Virus record (IMG/VR): IMGVR_UViG_3300032282_005530
Span: 1-64,000 of that record
Source: a virus
DNA: 64,000 nt
Direction: 5' to 3' (one strand)
Shown here one piece after another: positions 19,201 to 28,127 of the stretch. The notes beneath the pieces are model-generated. The model made no database searches, was not told where the DNA came from, and saw only the letters and a list, made by a program, of their open reading frames with translations. How positions within the stretch are numbered: the first letter of the stretch is position 1; the number at the start of each line of letters is the position of its first letter. A program made the position numbers and the translations under genes.

Positions 19201-20763
19201 AACACCAGAACTTAATCCGTTCGAACCGCTTTCATCTTTATATGCTGCGATTGCAAGAGTGTTTCCTACAGAATTTAAAGAAACTGTATAGCCAAAATTG
19301 TCGTCTGTATCTGTTGCTAAAGAACCGGTTAATCTTGCAGTTTCAATCCAGCCAGAACTACCAGAAGAAAATATATATGTAATTCCGGAATTATTTCCAT
19401 TTGAACCACTTTCATCTTGATATGCACCAACAGCAAGAATATCACCTACAGAATTCATTGCAATACTACGACCGCTAAAAAGTTCGCTTCCATCAATTGC
19501 AAGAGAACCAGTTATTATGGCATTTTCAGTCCATCCCGAACTTCCGGAGGTAAATATATAAACAACACCAGAACTTAATCCATTTGAACCGCTTTCATCA
19601 TTTTGAGCACCAATTGCAAGAATATTGCCAGCAGAATTTATTGCTAAACTATATCCAAAATTATCATTAGCATCCGTAGCCAAAGAGCCGGTTAATCTTG
19701 CGGCTTCAATCCACGAAGAATTATTTTTGGTAAATATATAAACAACGCCAGAACTTAACCCATTTGAACCACTTTCATCTTCGACAGAACCAACAGCAAG
19801 GATGTTTCCTAAAGAATTTAGTGCAATACTACGACCAAAATAGTCATTCGTATCTATCGCCAAAGAACCGGTTAGATATATTTGATCATTTATTTCAGTT
19901 GATTGTATTCTTTGTTTTACTAATGTATTTCTATTTACACCATGTATCGTTACTGCATTAACAGAACCACTATCTGGTAAAAGAGCATAAGTTGAACCAG
20001 AATTAAATTGTGCTGCGTGCTGAGTTAGTTGATTATAGTATGGCTGTCTTACTTTTATATTTCTTGTTGTAAGAGAATTGTTTGGTGAAAACTCTTCACC
20101 AGCTCTATCTAAAACACCTCTTGAGCTTTCTTGTTTGCCACCTGGAGCATTAAATCTTTGAACAAAAGTTGTTTTATCTTGATATTCTTTTCCTTTTGCA
20201 TCTATTCTTGTTATATCAGGGAGAGAATATATTTGTTGTGATGAAGATGAAACGAATTGAGTAGTTAATACACCATTTGCTTCAAATCCATCAGCAATTA
20301 AATTATTGTTTAAACCACGACCAACATTTTGAATAACTTGATAATTGTATTCAAAATTACCTGCGATATTTCCACTTGTTTGTATATTTTTAATATTTAT
20401 TGGTGATTTAGCAGTAAAATCTCGGGTTAATATTGCTCTTGGTCTGTTTATATCTACTACATCTGGTCCATATATTTTTATAGAATTTTGTGAAGCAGAA
20501 ATAAAATATCCTTCTGCTCTACTGTCACCATTATCAGTACTGGAATTTAAATTAATATGACGATGTTGATTGCCGCCAACATGTTGTTGAGTAAATGGAC
20601 CTTGTAACGGTGAATTTTCTAATTGACCATATTCATCACGATGATGATTGACTATATCAATGTTTTGTCCAACAGCAGCAGTTAGTTGCGCTGTATATCC
20701 TGTATTAACAGAAGAACTTACAACAGTAAACGGAAGTTTACCTCTTGTATTAATATCAGTCAT
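13201..20763 (-). CDS. Giant baseplate/receptor-binding protein (2520 aa) with FG-GAP propeller, LamG domain and a second beta-propeller
   Basis: 7 TGSLA..FG.S...LAVGA..DE repeats; LamG motifs FSISLWMK/DGNWHLITL/DIIIWDKTLTEEQINELY; GLFFKSDGTRVYIVG-type repeats. Confidence 0.8.
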   Translation of the reverse strand: MTDINTRGKLPFTVVSSSVNTGYTAQLTAAVGQNIDIVNHHRDEYGQLENSPLQGPFTQQHVGGNQHRHINLNSSTDNGDSRAEGYFISASQNSIKIYGPDVVDINRPRAILTRDFTAKSPINIKNIQTSGNIAGNFEYNYQVIQNVGRGLNNNLIADGFEANGVLTTQFVSSSSQQIYSLPDITRIDAKGKEYQDKTTFVQRFNAPGGKQESSRGVLDRAGEEFSPNNSLTTRNIKVRQPYYNQLTQHAAQFNSGSTYALLPDSGSVNAVTIHGVNRNTLVKQRIQSTEINDQIYLTGSLAIDTNDYFGRSIALNSLGNILAVGSVEDESGSNGLSSGVVYIFTKNNSSWIEAARLTGSLATDANDNFGYSLAINSAGNILAIGAQNDESGSNGLSSGVVYIFTSGSSGWTENAIITGSLAIDGSELFSGRSIAMNSVGDILAVGAYQDESGSNGNNSGITYIFSSGSSGWIETARLTGSLATDTDDNFGYTVSLNSVGNTLAIAAYKDESGSNGLSSGVVYMFSSGSSGWIESSVLTGSYATDVDDQFGISLSLNSEGNILAVGAWADEYVPNDLFSGVVYIFSSGSSGWIETAALTGSLAHENDRFGTSVSLNSSGDILAVGARDDEVDPNASSSGVAYIFRSGSVGWTETLKITGSLAINAGDYFGFRVQLNSDASVFVVGAYQDEDAASAAGYNSGIVYVNELKQIQELNYSRHDNFWVQHSIPATDLRYKWIADSISSNQQPIEYQSFNHPYSTASFYNSNGAFTDLEFQLNSPFGDHLGISGAIDKDEVFVSTYTNTMYRDRKYLTFNGLSNTYVDLSNISSDILRKDFSISLWMKTSEYLNYDLSDSTYVGSYSYNSTDNQPEGLFFKSDGTRVYIVGNANNRIYQFDLSTPWDLTTTSSAGSFNISIQSTQPRGIYISPDGNSLYLISSFPNVAIYRYIITSWNITTAYLATFYAFNDDAGPRDLYFKPDGTKLYVVGDVNNKIYEKTLSDPWDLSSTGSATSKSITGSPNALHIGGAEGRRVIIFDKTTKSVYSYNLERPWDLTSDFNLINEYTLDVSAYEASGTGLFIRETNQEQQKLYIIGEHTDSIHEFNFNGNSPIPILQYSGSDFDHSLLLNVSPTGSSLFVSGSGITNTKKSQPFVNDGNWHLITLVTDLSSETLRIGSTKRVSTLNTVNNKIYIDAGLATEAKLYKNLNITNLFIPSKNNSPRYNYNLHDIIIWDKTLTEEQINELYRTSKSSYGMQPKKYSEHKLDNSKIPAPIHVYSSIIDKDTSQLIDEKGNKNVSIIAFTSSANITPENTGLVSYSTYFNGPYQAASWKSIRNSQHPITRKLTTENTNIISFNLNDKYDTSFRFKEPPINLNNKPLKHRIVLKNSRNPNSGLEIIHTYENNIERFSNKEIETILGLQTLNQPFQMYDVLYRNYTNFLESTDNPIQRLLGYSYNETIFPNSKFTGLKQFRKRTDYITDQPGYSIDGYDRQLGTQRAFWRDQQQNRMRTSKSYINSIGETVDSQYELPFQTPSISALELIEDTNNISYDNYISGSSISSSLIDTAFKNGAELNNKLIFTSVSWNSSSNQYLFEQHPVWSLPERYFFNSISTTSRENLNVVLKNNLSYPGVNIRDPSALAVSPKYVYEHSSIITCSMNETQNHILKSSSIDLGLNRYTEKLSGINPWYDSYEDFYEDVRLMSNDYLGSYSVIPEFNISNKIPSLIKENNGNERKINLDNFVNNIEFSLRDQIQDQNRELTKLDNITFKIKAVKKLLPYNGFYPQDYSIKLVNYLKDSYLDTDSVKGGFLLQTGSNIIDGLFYHTSSDGYLQKFSKESAFLEPLYSPGIFYNLIKSGIAVDWAVYTGSLPINNYFTNLNQKPSYRIPFETILDVFRGLPVSSSEKGEENRIMKSREINLESDAADFGKSAGNKYKFQSFFELENNSNSIYSLAINNFLAETINFFLKESKLTAFFSRPETEFLTLDASKTYYMNVVLRNKSITMADSYSSSLDDNYGKMKGMYFGPAFWSGSNTDLTSINNNLSMHKVLEDPAYAAYTPPYFYGNAIATISFKPYDGSRKYTLDEILPNLTMTFSNTGLINSSKYPSGSLYNEVAMPLSSSVELMGTKQFRIQTVDLRSASTLSNNFLGGFLSQQGSGFSNGTATNAGNPLQWVISTKMETPILDFSDSTYVSATDVLSASAADLELKEISSSHIIPTGSGFGIGMWSGYGKIPTNKGIYLELAETYPERIKSLTVSSKTGSLLQACGFNKSVLSRRIGEIADTKEISEALVIIPYSEKSVPEQRIVYYRGEDPQTLFANGTTLIENHNFFKIDENMFTIQRDNILQGKPAVDLRYYLDTDGSIIDTSISRMIKLMNKYVIPPNLNFILYNDIKPFVMYITEFKSVLEQKDLSNIWQGVMPKIATRAEREEQIITHKNSLFDFFHGQGLPSNIKFLMFKVKRRAEIDYFKMTANSKDDSLFPEIVTGKTVAPYSFNWPYDYFSLVETAKVDVELEYVSGSINT
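18650..19880 (-). repeat. Seven 177-183 bp coding repeats (FG-GAP-like blades)
   Basis: TGSLA-encoding anchors near 19861, 19681, 19501, 19318, 19138, 18958, 18781. Confidence 0.85.
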
Positions 20764-20777
20764 TATTTACTCCCAAT

Positions 20778-23700
20778 TCATTCGTCGGAACAATCTTTTT
20801 TCTCAATAACTTTAAGTACATCAATCTCTAAATATCCACCCGAACCAATTTTTGTTGCAGGTTTTACAACATCCATGTTAATAGGATTTTTATTTACATA
20901 TATTTGTATATCTGTACCAAAATCTGCAACTCTTGTAAACTTCTTTTTATATTCAGAAGATAGTGCTTGAAATATTCCATTTAATTCACTGCTTCTTTCT
21001 TTTCTTTCTTTCCACCACAAACAATTATTTCTTTCGTTTAATGGTATAGGAGCGTGTCCGTGTTGCCAATCATATTTTAATTCACCTATAGTTTTAACAA
21101 CTGCTATTGGTAAATCTGCTCCAAATTCTATTGAGGGCAGTTTCCACATGTATTTATTTCTTTCTAAAACATGACTTTCAACAACATCACTTATTTCATC
21201 AGAGAAATCCGCCGATGCTGGTATTAGTTGATATACCATTTTATTGATTGCATTATCGATCCATTTAAAATAATCTACATATTTTTCTAAATCTGGTTTA
21301 TTTGAAACTTTTTCGAAAAACATTTCTCTTAGCTTGATTAATTCTCTATACTCTCTCTCAAATTGATATTGGGGTTTTCCTATTAAATTATTAAATTCTG
21401 TTATAGTTCCAAAAAATCTAATCATTTCTTCTGAAATTGTTTGATACATACTCTTTTCCAGAGCAAAATAATAATTTAAAGGTCTTGTATCTTTTGTAAA
21501 AATTTCAACATCTTCTCTGATTATGTTTATAAGATCTGTATCTGATATATTTTCTGGCAATCTATGCTTGGCAATAGAAACGTATCCGTTTTCGACCATG
21601 TCGATATTGTTTCTAAAAAAGAAATCTCCTACACCGGTATTTAAATTATTAACTACATCTCCGATAATATCATAATTATTTTCTAAAGAACCGCTCGATA
21701 TATCCATGATGAAAAATTTACCATCATATGTATTCGAAGGTCCGGTTCCACTTCCATTATCAGAACCTGTAACAAGAGAGAAGTCCCAATTTAATGCAAG
21801 AGTTTTAATTTGCGGTATTTCTAAACTTGAACTAATAGGTAATGTTTCTAAATTGTTATATGGTCTATCTTGTCCATAATTTTTTGGATCTTTTGCATGT
21901 TGTATTAATATTTCATCATCCAAATATGAACACCAGTATCTAATATTTGATAGTTTTATATCACTATTATGCAATATAGAGCCGGTAAAATTTTCTCTAT
22001 GACAACCAGCATATATTCTTTTTGCTGCAGCAAAATGTTGTTCTGCAATATTTTGCGGAACAGATGCAGTTAAGCGTATTTCTAAATCAACAATATCCTG
22101 CGTTGTATTGAGAGCATAAAATTCAAATACATAATCTCCTACAGTACCACTATTAATTTTTAAAGAATTAGGATATTTTTCATGTTTTATTTTTGCATTT
22201 AAATTCCATTTTTCATTATTATACAAATCTTTTATTAAACTTGAAGTAAGTTGAAATCCCATATACGAAGAAGACACTAAAAAGTATCCATCAGACGATA
22301 AAATATCTGGTCTTACAATATAAACTTCTAAATTTGCCTCATCGGAACCATTCCATGTTGTATCTCCTGGCGAGAATGTATTTGCAGAATGCATACCAAA
22401 AACTGAAGATGTTAAAAAATATGTATCAAAAAATATTTTTTGTGATTGTTTAAACTTTTGTGGAATAACAATTTCCGCTTCAAAAGTAGAACCATGATAG
22501 GATAAATTAGAATTTCCAGGTATATAAGAAATAGATTGCGGGTATAGACTTGAAGTCATCTGATAGATTGTTCCTTGAAATCTATCTGGATCATTGAAAC
22601 TTATAAATTTTTTCTTATAATATGTATTTATAAATCTATCATCAAATGTATAAGTGGCATCATTTGAATATATATTCAACTTTACTAATTCTTCATCGAC
22701 ACCAAAGCATCTCAATAAATTTCTTATTGATTTTTCAGTACCCTTTGATTTATTTATATAAGCCAAATTATTATATATGTTTTGGTATATATGATTTTTT
22801 ACATTAAAAAGCCTATCTTCATATAGAATATCTTCTGTTCTATTTCCTAAGTTTTCTAATATAGAAGAATTTGTAAATATATCTTGAGTAACAAAACCCA
22901 TAGATTCTAATAGTTTCATTCCATATGGGAATGCTCTTCCGTTTGAATATTTAACCTCTTTTAAAGATGGTAAGTGCTTAATTTTAATAAAAAGATCATC
23001 AAAATATGAACCAATTATTTGTGTTAATTCATAAAGTTTATTACTTTCATTTATTTGATCTTCTTCAACTATCCAAGATGGAATAGTATAATAAATCATA
23101 GAGTTATTATTATTGTCATGAAGATTTCCAAGTTCTTCTTTTTCTTGTAACAATGATTGAACACTTGGGTGTGTTAAATATATAACTGGATCTTGAAATT
23201 CAGTTTTTGATGCACCAGAATCAACAATTGCAGAACCGGTATTCCTTGAACCAAGTGCATATCCTGTCCAAGAACCGTTTGAAAATCTACCTGAATAATC
23301 TAAAATCTTTGTATCGTATCTTGTATCGATTGAAGATGAATTGTAAATTCCTTCATTAAATTTAAAATATACTCCTAAATTAGTATTTGAAATATCTGTA
23401 TTGGCTCCTCCATTAATTTGAGTAAACCAATATCTTGAAATATCTTTTTCACTTCTTTTTGTTTTCCAGTATCTAAATTCATCTAAAGAACCCGATAATT
23501 TTCCATAACCTAAAGCAGCGTTTCCACCGCTTACTTGAGTTCCAAGAGAACCAATCCAACCAAGCATTGCTCCATATACTCTTCCTATTGAAGAGCCAGT
23601 AACAATAGTATCATTTAAATCGCCATTCTTAAATAATCTAAATTGTATATTACTTCCAGTATTTACAGCGGTAATAGAATAAAAATTCCAATTTCCATCT

Positions 23701-24464
23701 GATAAATCTAGATTTTGTCCTATAGATATATTGTTATTAAAATTTGAACCGGAGGACATTTCTAAGAAAAATTTATTTTCTTCTCCAGAAACTCCAGGAT
23801 GTATTTCTACTCTAAATCTTCCATAATCAGAGCCAAAACTCGCTGTATTCCAAAGATCAAAAATAACTTGTTTATTGCTTCCGCTTAAATTATCTTTTTT
23901 CAGCCAAAATTCTATAGTCGTACCAAGATTACCATCCAACAATAAATTACTTTCTCTATTTTCTTGTGCATCTAAAATATTTGATGTACCAAATAAAGGT
24001 TGTAATTTAAATTGATCTAAATTTTCTGCGGTATTTGGACCACCTTTGACAAGTATATATTCCTTATCAATTGGATTTGAATATCCATCAGAAGAAACTG
24101 ATGAAGAAAGACCATATGAATATCCAAGATTTATGTAACCATTTTGTCTCGGATATTCATTTTCGAAAATATAATTTTGAATATCTGATGCTTCTTTGGT
24201 CCATTTAAGTTTTTCACTTGCACTTCCATCATATGGATATTTTTTACATATTGTTTCTATTGCATCTGTATAATATTTTTTTGCTGAACCGAAAAAAGCA
24301 AAATTTTTAGGATCACTATAATCTATGTCTGGTTTTATTAATTTTCTTTCTTCTAGCTCTTGTATAATATATTCTGCAGATTCAACATCACGAGAAGCAT
24401 CTTCTAAATTAGTTGAAACAAGTATTTTACTTGATTTTTTACCAAACAGATTTATCAAAGACAT
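20778..24464 (-). CDS. Baseplate wedge-associated protein with LamG domain (1228 aa)
   Basis: TIEFWLKK...GSLDEFRYWK LamG motifs; KSKGTEKSIRNLLRCFG wedge-type motif; close to gp6-like gene. Confidence 0.65.
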   Translation of the reverse strand: MSLINLFGKKSSKILVSTNLEDASRDVESAEYIIQELEERKLIKPDIDYSDPKNFAFFGSAKKYYTDAIETICKKYPYDGSASEKLKWTKEASDIQNYIFENEYPRQNGYINLGYSYGLSSSVSSDGYSNPIDKEYILVKGGPNTAENLDQFKLQPLFGTSNILDAQENRESNLLLDGNLGTTIEFWLKKDNLSGSNKQVIFDLWNTASFGSDYGRFRVEIHPGVSGEENKFFLEMSSGSNFNNNISIGQNLDLSDGNWNFYSITAVNTGSNIQFRLFKNGDLNDTIVTGSSIGRVYGAMLGWIGSLGTQVSGGNAALGYGKLSGSLDEFRYWKTKRSEKDISRYWFTQINGGANTDISNTNLGVYFKFNEGIYNSSSIDTRYDTKILDYSGRFSNGSWTGYALGSRNTGSAIVDSGASKTEFQDPVIYLTHPSVQSLLQEKEELGNLHDNNNNSMIYYTIPSWIVEEDQINESNKLYELTQIIGSYFDDLFIKIKHLPSLKEVKYSNGRAFPYGMKLLESMGFVTQDIFTNSSILENLGNRTEDILYEDRLFNVKNHIYQNIYNNLAYINKSKGTEKSIRNLLRCFGVDEELVKLNIYSNDATYTFDDRFINTYYKKKFISFNDPDRFQGTIYQMTSSLYPQSISYIPGNSNLSYHGSTFEAEIVIPQKFKQSQKIFFDTYFLTSSVFGMHSANTFSPGDTTWNGSDEANLEVYIVRPDILSSDGYFLVSSSYMGFQLTSSLIKDLYNNEKWNLNAKIKHEKYPNSLKINSGTVGDYVFEFYALNTTQDIVDLEIRLTASVPQNIAEQHFAAAKRIYAGCHRENFTGSILHNSDIKLSNIRYWCSYLDDEILIQHAKDPKNYGQDRPYNNLETLPISSSLEIPQIKTLALNWDFSLVTGSDNGSGTGPSNTYDGKFFIMDISSGSLENNYDIIGDVVNNLNTGVGDFFFRNNIDMVENGYVSIAKHRLPENISDTDLINIIREDVEIFTKDTRPLNYYFALEKSMYQTISEEMIRFFGTITEFNNLIGKPQYQFEREYRELIKLREMFFEKVSNKPDLEKYVDYFKWIDNAINKMVYQLIPASADFSDEISDVVESHVLERNKYMWKLPSIEFGADLPIAVVKTIGELKYDWQHGHAPIPLNERNNCLWWKERKERSSELNGIFQALSSEYKKKFTRVADFGTDIQIYVNKNPINMDVVKPATKIGSGGYLEIDVLKVIEKKDCSDE

Positions 24465-25891
24465 TATTTATGCACCCTAAATTTAAATGTATCTTTTAGT
24501 TCATAAAACTCACCATTATATTCGAAACCAAAAAATAATTTATAAGAATATTCTGGTTCCAATAAATTCATATCAAAATCAAAATAATTACCAATATTAT
24601 CATACGATGTTAGAGTATGTTTAAAGCTTCCTGTTCCGTAAGGAATTACTTCATATCCATCTGCTATTCTTATAATTTTATAATATAAATTTTCTATAAT
24701 TGTAGTATCCGGTTCATAATATGCTACATGATATAAATTTGAATCCCAATTTCTATTTTTTATTTCTACTCTCAATCTAACATTATCACTGTTTCTATAA
24801 TTTTGTTTTAATTGAGGCATAGACAATATGTATTCTGGTATTGAAAAATCATCTGAAGCATCTTGAGTTTTTGTATATATAAGAGAACCTGTGTGAAGTT
24901 CGGTTCCTCCTAAAGTTCTCCATACATCATATAAATACGAATAACTACCACTTATACCTATAGAAGCAGTATAAACACCAGTTGTATAATATCCTCCAGT
25001 TACAGTTGTCGTAGATCCATTTAATAAAGCCAAAGGTAATCCTGATGGACCATCGTCAACAGTTCCACTATACATACTTACCAATAAAGTTCCTGTACCT
25101 ACAGTGGGAATATTTTTTAATTGCCCTCTAATATTATTGTACAAAAATAGAGTATTTAAATTATCTTGTGCTGAGACAAGCTCGCTACTCATATAGAAAC
25201 TGTTTCTTTTATCTTTTATAGATGAATTACTTCTTACTTCAATCCAGGGTCTTTTATAAAAAAACTGACTTCTTCTTGCGAAGAATTTTTTCGTGTAATA
25301 AGATTGATTGTCGTTTTCTAAAGAAGAACTAAGACAAATTAAAAATCCATTATTTGTTATTTCTGAATTTATCCATTTTTCTACAATATTAGTAACATCT
25401 ACTTCTAAATCGTCAGTCGATAATTGAATTGTCGATATTGTTTCTTCGTTTTGTAGATAATCTCCACCTTCAATTGTCCAACCTTGAGTAGAAGATGCAC
25501 TTATCCAATTTGCTGGGCCAATATCTAAATATTGTTCCATATCAAGACCGTAACCTTCTGTCCAAGAACGAGATAATGGAAAAACACTAACAGTTATATT
25601 TTCCGGTGTTTCTTGTGAGTGAGAAGCGTTACTTAATTTTAAAATAAATTGACAACTTCCACTATCCGCAATAACTTTATTATTTCTATCGCTAAGAATA
25701 TTTGATATTGGAAACTGTACTAAAATTCTTGATTTTTCAGAAGATGTTTCACTTACTTGAGCATATATGGAAAATATTTCTAATATGTCAGAAGCACCCA
25801 TATTTGATTTAGTTGCCCTTGTAATATTATCATTTTTATAAGCATTTGTAATAGTTGTATCTTTTTCTGCTACATATCTTTTTATTGTCAT
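24464..25891 (-). CDS. Structural protein, DNRLRE-like N-terminal domain (475 aa)
   Basis: AEKDTTI...SRILVQF...PLSRSWTEG...VDVTNIVEKW...NNGF pattern; 1-nt overlaps with neighbours. Confidence 0.55.
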   Translation of the reverse strand: MTIKRYVAEKDTTITNAYKNDNITRATKSNMGASDILEIFSIYAQVSETSSEKSRILVQFPISNILSDRNNKVIADSGSCQFILKLSNASHSQETPENITVSVFPLSRSWTEGYGLDMEQYLDIGPANWISASSTQGWTIEGGDYLQNEETISTIQLSTDDLEVDVTNIVEKWINSEITNNGFLICLSSSLENDNQSYYTKKFFARRSQFFYKRPWIEVRSNSSIKDKRNSFYMSSELVSAQDNLNTLFLYNNIRGQLKNIPTVGTGTLLVSMYSGTVDDGPSGLPLALLNGSTTTVTGGYYTTGVYTASIGISGSYSYLYDVWRTLGGTELHTGSLIYTKTQDASDDFSIPEYILSMPQLKQNYRNSDNVRLRVEIKNRNWDSNLYHVAYYEPDTTIIENLYYKIIRIADGYEVIPYGTGSFKHTLTSYDNIGNYFDFDMNLLEPEYSYKLFFGFEYNGEFYELKDTFKFRVHK

Positions 25892-27690
25892 CAGCTTATT
25901 TCTCCAACTATGTCAGAATTTGGAAACTTCACTTCAAAAATAACATTGTTTGGAGCCTCTATATATCTGCCATCTGGTGACATAAAACTTTCAACATCAA
26001 ACAAAGTATCAGAATAGTCAGCGCCTCTCTTTTGAGAAACCTTAACCCACTTTACATCATTTACGCCAGTAACATTTTTAAGAGCAGTATATATATCGCT
26101 TATAAAAAATGATTCTCCAATATGCATCTTTACAGAATATAAAGTTGATAAAGCACTTATACAACTTCTTAATACATCAACGTTGTCTGCTTCTATATCT
26201 GATACGATTTTAAAGTTAATTTCTAAATTAACTATTTTTGCATCTATTACATCTATTGTATCATTTATCATTCTATTTTTATTAAGCCAAGTTTTTATAT
26301 TTTGTTTTATGGATTCATTGCAAACTTCCAAAGTTCTGTTTTGATTTTCACTAATAACATAAATGTTTAAATTTCTTTTAAACGAATCATTATCTCTTAG
26401 TATTCTTGCTCTTTTTATATTTCCATATTCTGGGGGCATATTATAAATTAATGCTTCATAATCTTTTTCTGTAACTGCTCTATTTTGAGAGCCGAATGTA
26501 TTATAAACTCTAAATTTTAATTCTTCAGAAGTCATATTTGGTATATCACCAACTATTGGTTCTTCATTGTTTACCTCTATAGATGATCTAACTAAATCGA
26601 TTTTTTGTTGTTGAAGAGATCTCGTGTCTCCAAAATCAAAAATAGGATCATTCACATTTTTAAGAGTTCCGGCGCCGGCATTAACATTATTAGATGTATT
26701 TGCGCGCGCTATTATTTGCAGAATAGTATTTGAAGGAACAACACCTAGTTTATCTGATTTTATTAAATTGTTTGGATCAAATTCCTTGTCTGATATATAA
26801 TTTTTACCATAATATTCTAAAGTAACAGATGCTGGGTCTACCAGATCTTGATTATAGGTTTCTGCAGACGAATCGCCAGTTCCGAATTGTAAATATGTAC
26901 CTTCTCTATCTCGCAAAACAACAAATCTTCTCGGAACCGTGAAGGGTTTTAAGATATTTTTAACTTGATTATTTGTAGTATTATCTCTGTTTAATACTGG
27001 TTTATATACTATATCTTGACTTAAATAATCAACTTCATAATATTCATTTCCATCACCATCTTTGACAGATATGATTTCAGTTAAAAAATCAATTTCAACT
27101 GGTATTTTTAAAAATCTTTGATACTGACCGACAGTATAGAATGTCTGAGCTAAATAACCAGATTGAACTCTTCCATAAGCTTTAATTGCATATGTTTCTG
27201 GTAAACCGGTTTGTTCATTGACGGTTCCAACTACTACCTCATTATCTTGTCTGTTAAAAAATACATCTTCTACTAGTGTAAATGCTTCTCCAAATACTGT
27301 TGAAAATATACTATTTTTTCTTAAAACTGGAATATAATCCGGATCTGGTCTATCGCCTGTCACATAAGCTGGGACTAATATGAAAAAACTTGCAATACCA
27401 TGTGAAGAAGGATTTTCAGAATATTTAAAACCAAATGGTTTTGATAATTTTAATATATTATCAAACTCTGTGGCAGTATCTAAAAAACTCTCATTTGCGT
27501 TATAATCTACATAAAAAGATAAATTATCGCCAATATATGAAACAGTATCTAGCATTAAACTACCAAAACCAACTTCACTAAAATCTTTATATGTTTCTGG
27601 ATAGTATTTTTTGGCATGCTCTACTAAAGCATTTTTAATTGCTTGATAATCTCTTGCTAAATAATCGATTGGTATATTCTTTTTTGGCAT
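25891..27690 (-). CDS. Baseplate wedge subunit, T4 gp6-like (599 aa)
   Basis: DYQAIKNAL...DFSE...LMLDTVSYIGD..SFY; QNRAVTEKDYE. Confidence 0.85.
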   Translation of the reverse strand: MPKKNIPIDYLARDYQAIKNALVEHAKKYYPETYKDFSEVGFGSLMLDTVSYIGDNLSFYVDYNANESFLDTATEFDNILKLSKPFGFKYSENPSSHGIASFFILVPAYVTGDRPDPDYIPVLRKNSIFSTVFGEAFTLVEDVFFNRQDNEVVVGTVNEQTGLPETYAIKAYGRVQSGYLAQTFYTVGQYQRFLKIPVEIDFLTEIISVKDGDGNEYYEVDYLSQDIVYKPVLNRDNTTNNQVKNILKPFTVPRRFVVLRDREGTYLQFGTGDSSAETYNQDLVDPASVTLEYYGKNYISDKEFDPNNLIKSDKLGVVPSNTILQIIARANTSNNVNAGAGTLKNVNDPIFDFGDTRSLQQQKIDLVRSSIEVNNEEPIVGDIPNMTSEELKFRVYNTFGSQNRAVTEKDYEALIYNMPPEYGNIKRARILRDNDSFKRNLNIYVISENQNRTLEVCNESIKQNIKTWLNKNRMINDTIDVIDAKIVNLEINFKIVSDIEADNVDVLRSCISALSTLYSVKMHIGESFFISDIYTALKNVTGVNDVKWVKVSQKRGADYSDTLFDVESFMSPDGRYIEAPNNVIFEVKFPNSDIVGEIS

Positions 27691-27718
27691 TTATAAAACC
27701 TCAATTATAAATATATTC

Positions 27719-28108
27719 TCAACTGATTATTAGTTGTCCGTCAGACTGTATTGTTATATTTTCACTAGTACCCAAAGGTGTTATAAAAATACCTATATTT
27801 ACAGACAAAAGATTTCCTTCTTGATTTAAGGAGCCATAACTTATATTCGTTAATTCAATATATGGTGCATATCTTGCTATTTGGGTTCTTAGTCTTGATT
27901 CAAAATTTATAATAAGTGTAGAGCTATAATTTTCAAATAGAATTCTTTTCAATCCAACCCCAAAATTACTATCCATTATTCTTTCGCCAGGATTTGTTAA
28001 TAATAACATTAAAAAATTTTGCCTAACCAGACTTTTTAAATCGCTGATCATATTGTAGCCTTGCTGACTACCGAGTTTTAGAGGTAATTTAGGACCAAAT
28101 GCCGACAT
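27719..28108 (-). CDS. Baseplate wedge subunit, gp25-like (129 aa)
   Basis: VRQNFLMLLLTNPGERIMDSNFGVGLKRILFE. Confidence 0.9.
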   Translation of the reverse strand: MSAFGPKLPLKLGSQQGYNMISDLKSLVRQNFLMLLLTNPGERIMDSNFGVGLKRILFENYSSTLIINFESRLRTQIARYAPYIELTNISYGSLNQEGNLLSVNIGIFITPLGTSENITIQSDGQLIIS

Positions 28109-28127
28109 TTTTATTCACCTTAATTAA

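Noticed and set aside
18650-19880. Diversity-generating retroelement template/variable repeats
   Set aside because: No reverse transcriptase in the window; repeats are tandem protein blades without an evident adenine-only pattern.
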